Positions 5,807 through 7,748 of a stretch of 7,748 bases of DNA are shown here, in pieces. The stretch is from an uncultured Gammaproteobacteria bacterium (lineage in GTDB: Bacteria > Patescibacteriota > Microgenomatia > Daviesbacterales > UBA10151), in the NCBI GenBank assembly GCA_964522265.1, contig CAZFVS010000050.1, positions 1 through 7,748 on the forward strand, in the 5' to 3' direction. Every line of letters begins with the position of its first letter. The stretch's first letter is position 1. The position numbers were made by a program, and so were the translations under genes. Below the pieces are notes generated by a model. It saw nothing but the letters and a program-made list of their open reading frames with translations, was not told the origin of the DNA and made no database searches.

Positions 5807-6547
5807 ATGAAACTCATAATCGGTTATCTTTATGGCGATTTAATGAATATCTACGGCGATACCGGTAACATCATCGCCTTGCAGAAAAGAGCTCAGTGGC
5901 GTGGGATGGAAGTAGAAGTTAAAAATATTTCAATAAGCCAACATATCACACCCGGGGGGTGTGATATATATTTTTTTGGTGGGGGGCAAGACCAAGCCCA
6001 AGAATTAGTATCAAGGGATTTAGTATCAAGTCTTAAGGGACAAACCATTAAAAACGAGGTTGAAAGAGGTGTCCCACTGCTGGCTATTTGTGGCGGATAT
6101 CAGCTGTTGGGGGAATATTATAAACCACACAAAGGACCCAGGTTACCCGGGGTAAATTTATTCCCAATCTATACTGCGGCAAGCAACCAACGCATGATCG
6201 GCAATATTGTAATTCGTCCGACATCGGACATCCGAAATCTGACTTCCGAACTTGTGGGGTTTGAAAACCATTCCGGAAAAACTTTCTTAAAAGAAGAAGC
6301 AAAACCACTGGGAAAAGTTATTAAAGGATTTGGAAACAATGGAGAAGATGAGACTGAAGGGTGTATTTATAAAAATGCCATTGGCTGTTACATGCACGGA
6401 TCGCTTTTGCCAAAAAACCCTCAGCTTGCTGACTGGCTACTGGAAAAAGCATTAGAAGTGAAATATGGAAAAGCAGTCAAACTGAAGGAGCTGGACGATT
6501 CCTTGGAAAACTTAGCCCACCAAAAGGCTGTTCAAAAATTTGGATAA
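5807..6547 (+). CDS. gatD: Lipid II isoglutaminyl synthase glutaminase subunit GatD (CobB/CobQ-like type-1 glutamine amidotransferase)
   Basis: Track ORF begins at TTG 5783, but ATG 5807 (MKLIIGYLYGDLMNIYGDTGNIIAL...) matches known GatD N-termini. The Shine-Dalgarno-like GGAAGGAG (5785-5792) abuts the murT stop. The catalytic Cys context LLAICGGYQLLG and His context CYMHGSLLPKNP are present, and FENHSG is conserved. Stop codon is TAA. Confidence 0.93.
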   Translation: MKLIIGYLYGDLMNIYGDTGNIIALQKRAQWRGMEVEVKNISISQHITPGGCDIYFFGGGQDQAQELVSRDLVSSLKGQTIKNEVERGVPLLAICGGYQLLGEYYKPHKGPRLPGVNLFPIYTAASNQRMIGNIVIRPTSDIRNLTSELVGFENHSGKTFLKEEAKPLGKVIKGFGNNGEDETEGCIYKNAIGCYMHGSLLPKNPQLADWLLEKALEVKYGKAVKLKELDDSLENLAHQKAVQKFG

Positions 6548-6550
6548 TTG

Positions 6551-6631
6551 TGCCGGGAAGAGGAGTCGAACCTCCATGCCTTACGGCACATGGTCCTAAA
6601 CCATGCGTGTCTACCATTCCACCATCCCGGC
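6551..6631 (-). tRNA. tRNA-Leu (anticodon TAG), type II, CCA not encoded
   Basis: Reverse complement reads GCCGGGA TG GTG GAATGGTAGA CAC G CATGG TTTAGGA CCATG TGCCGTAAGGCAT GGAGG TTCGACT CCTCT TCCCGGC A, followed by CAA. The acceptor and anticodon stems are fully paired and the T stem has 5 pairs including one G-T wobble. The 5' half shares the 21 nt TGGTGGAATGGTAGACACGCA with the other tRNA-Leu. Confidence 0.92.
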
Positions 6632-6651
6632 ATTACACAAATCTAATGATC

Positions 6652-6680
6652 ATTTTACTATAATCTTCTGATACTGCCAA
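6652..6680 (-). promoter_or_regulatory. Candidate promoter of tRNA-Leu(TAG)
   Basis: On the minus strand: TTGGCA (6680..6675), 17-nt spacer, then TAAAAT (6657..6652). The -10 box ends about 20 nt upstream of the mature tRNA 5' end at 6631, consistent with a short RNase P-processed leader. Confidence 0.45.
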
Positions 6681-6698
6681 ATATACCCTATAGCTAAT

Positions 6699-6727
6699 TT
6701 GAGTTATTTGCTTTAAAGGTGTAAAAT
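6699..6727 (+). promoter_or_regulatory. Candidate promoter of the 311-aa orphan gene
   Basis: TTGAGT (6699-6704, 4/6), 17-nt spacer, then TAAAAT (6722-6727). ATG 6735 begins 8 nt after the box. It lies back-to-back with the tRNA-Leu(TAG) promoter. Alternative reading: AAGGTG (6716-6721) acts as a Shine-Dalgarno sequence 13 nt upstream of the ATG. Confidence 0.35.
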
Positions 6728-6734
6728 TAGGTGT

Positions 6735-7670
6735 ATGAATCAGGATGATACCCAAAATCCATTTTCAACAAGACCCAAAGAAGCCCCTAAGAAGGTAAAA
6801 CCTGTTGGTGGTGCGATGGGTTTTTTTGATGGTGAAACTGAATCTGAGGATCCACTGGGATCTACATCACATACCATTTTTGACTCTTTAAAAAATGCTC
6901 CATTCAACCTGGTGGATTCTTCACACCCTGCTGAAAAAACTGATATCGAACAAGCAAGTTTCATGGGGAGTATTGATTTTGTCAAAAGCAATAGGGTTGC
7001 CCAGGAAACCCAAAGGATTAATGAACTACAAGCAGAAATTGCAGACGGCGGAAATCAGGTAATAGTTGAAAAAAAGGCTGCCCAAACAACATACCAACCT
7101 CAAATATTCACAAGCAGCAGATTTAATCTCTCAGAAATAAGCAGGATTAAGGATTATATAAAATTTGGAGAGTTTTTCTCAATCATAGGGGGAGAGGGTA
7201 GGTTTGGCTTCAAGGCTATTAAAAGTCTGTTCGTAGAAAATATTCTTCAACCTAAGAAAAATCCAAAGTTAGAAGCAAGACAAAAAATGACTCCTGACCA
7301 ACTTAAAGAGGAGGATAAAAAACAGGTTCAAAAAAGGAATAAAGCCTCTTTTTTTAGCCAGCTTCGCCAAATTATGAGGGGAAGTTCAGGAATGGAGAGG
7401 GTCCTTAATAACAAAAGACAAAATATTAATATGCAGGTTGGGTTTAACGCAGCTTTTGAAGGAAGTATTGATGAAAAAACCGGGGGGATGAGGATAGATC
7501 TGCAGATTTTAGCTGATAAAAAGAACTCTGAGATGCAGGCTTCTGAACTTAAAGCCAAAAAACAGCAGCAGATAGCAGCTGTTTCAGGAGGCGGTAAAAA
7601 CCTGAGAACCCACCTTGGTGCCCAAGAAGGCCAAAGCATGGTGGCAAATGCAGTACTCACTGCAGGATAA
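6735..7670 (+). CDS. Hypothetical protein, no recognisable domain (acidic, low-complexity N-terminal third; short hydrophobic/Gly core; K/Q-rich basic C-terminal half)
   Basis: 311-aa ORF with ATG start and TAA stop, the only long ORF in this interval. The 126-aa antisense ORF overlaps a tRNA. Sequence features: N-terminal MNQDDTQNPFSTRPKEAPKK..., core FGEFFSIIGGEGRFGFKAIKSLF, and C-terminal stretches KEEDKKQVQKRNK and ELKAKKQQQIAA. No transmembrane segment or catalytic motif recognised. Confidence 0.7.
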   Translation: MNQDDTQNPFSTRPKEAPKKVKPVGGAMGFFDGETESEDPLGSTSHTIFDSLKNAPFNLVDSSHPAEKTDIEQASFMGSIDFVKSNRVAQETQRINELQAEIADGGNQVIVEKKAAQTTYQPQIFTSSRFNLSEISRIKDYIKFGEFFSIIGGEGRFGFKAIKSLFVENILQPKKNPKLEARQKMTPDQLKEEDKKQVQKRNKASFFSQLRQIMRGSSGMERVLNNKRQNINMQVGFNAAFEGSIDEKTGGMRIDLQILADKKNSEMQASELKAKKQQQIAAVSGGGKNLRTHLGAQEGQSMVANAVLTAG

Positions 7671-7678
7671 ATCTTGGG

Positions 7679-7748
7679 TGGGCAGTAGAGGACTCGACCC
7701 TCTGACATCGTTCACGTCAAGAACGCGCTCTACCAACTGAGCTAACTC
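7679..7748 (-). tRNA. tRNA-Val (anticodon GAC), 5' end truncated by the window edge (first about 3 nt missing)
   Basis: Reverse complement reads ..GAGT TA GCTC AGTTGGTA GAGC G CGTTC TTGACGT GAACG ATGTC AGAGG GTCGAGT CCTCT ACTGCCC A, followed by CCCA. The D, anticodon and T stems pair perfectly. The T-loop begins with G rather than T, and position 4 opposite 69 would be G-G. Confidence 0.75.

Noticed and set aside
2587-6308. Other nested track ORFs (2587-2784+, 2839-3054+, 4124-4363+, 4697-4975-, 5222-5476-, 5470-5664+, 6084-6308-, and 6740-6991- just beyond this range)
   Set aside because: All lie inside better-supported CDSs in other frames or strands. They are short and have no recognisable motifs.
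7328-7708. 126-aa minus-strand ORF
   Set aside because: It is antisense to the longer 311-aa ORF, and its 5' end overlaps the tRNA-Val gene. Its Cys/Pro/Leu-rich translation has no motifs.
1-7748. Alternative genetic code (UGA recoding as in some CPR lineages), CRISPR arrays, IS elements, integrases or defence systems
   Set aside because: All seven CDSs are intact under the standard code, and TAA, TAG and TGA are each used as terminal stops. I found no spaced repeat arrays, terminal inverted repeats, or transposase, recombinase or nuclease-like ORFs.

Overview
Low-GC bacterial chromosome segment. The very divergent housekeeping enzymes, compact spacing and strong GGG glycine codon preference suggest an uncultivated CPR/Patescibacteria-like lineage, but this is inference only. 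I support seven complete CDSs, one possible partial CDS at the left edge, and three minus-strand tRNA genes: Leu-CAG, Leu-TAG and a truncated Val-GAC. Gene order is: possible partial ORF, pyridoxal-kinase-family gene (-), tRNA-Leu(CAG) (-), YvcK/CofD-family gene (+), secreted lysozyme-like peptidoglycan hydrolase candidate (+), divergent class-III PLP aminotransferase (-), murT-gatD lipid II isoglutamine synthase operon (+), tRNA-Leu(TAG) (-), a 311-aa orphan protein (+), tRNA-Val(GAC) (-). The window is mostly a cell-envelope and housekeeping neighbourhood. I see no CRISPR array, transposase, integrase, toxin-antitoxin pair or recognisable defence system, and no sign of an alternative genetic code. 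Points worth a second look: (1) a MurT with no CxxC pair anywhere, carrying a perfect 20-nt direct repeat read in two frames in the region where I would expect the zinc ribbon; (2) an unassignable aminotransferase back-to-back with murT across 55 bp; (3) -10-like boxes 6-11 nt upstream of four start codons, suggesting leaderless mRNAs; (4) the orphan protein bracketed by tRNA genes; (5) a sharp intragenic GC shift and a G9 tract in yvcK. All functional calls rest on motif recognition by eye, since no searches could be run.
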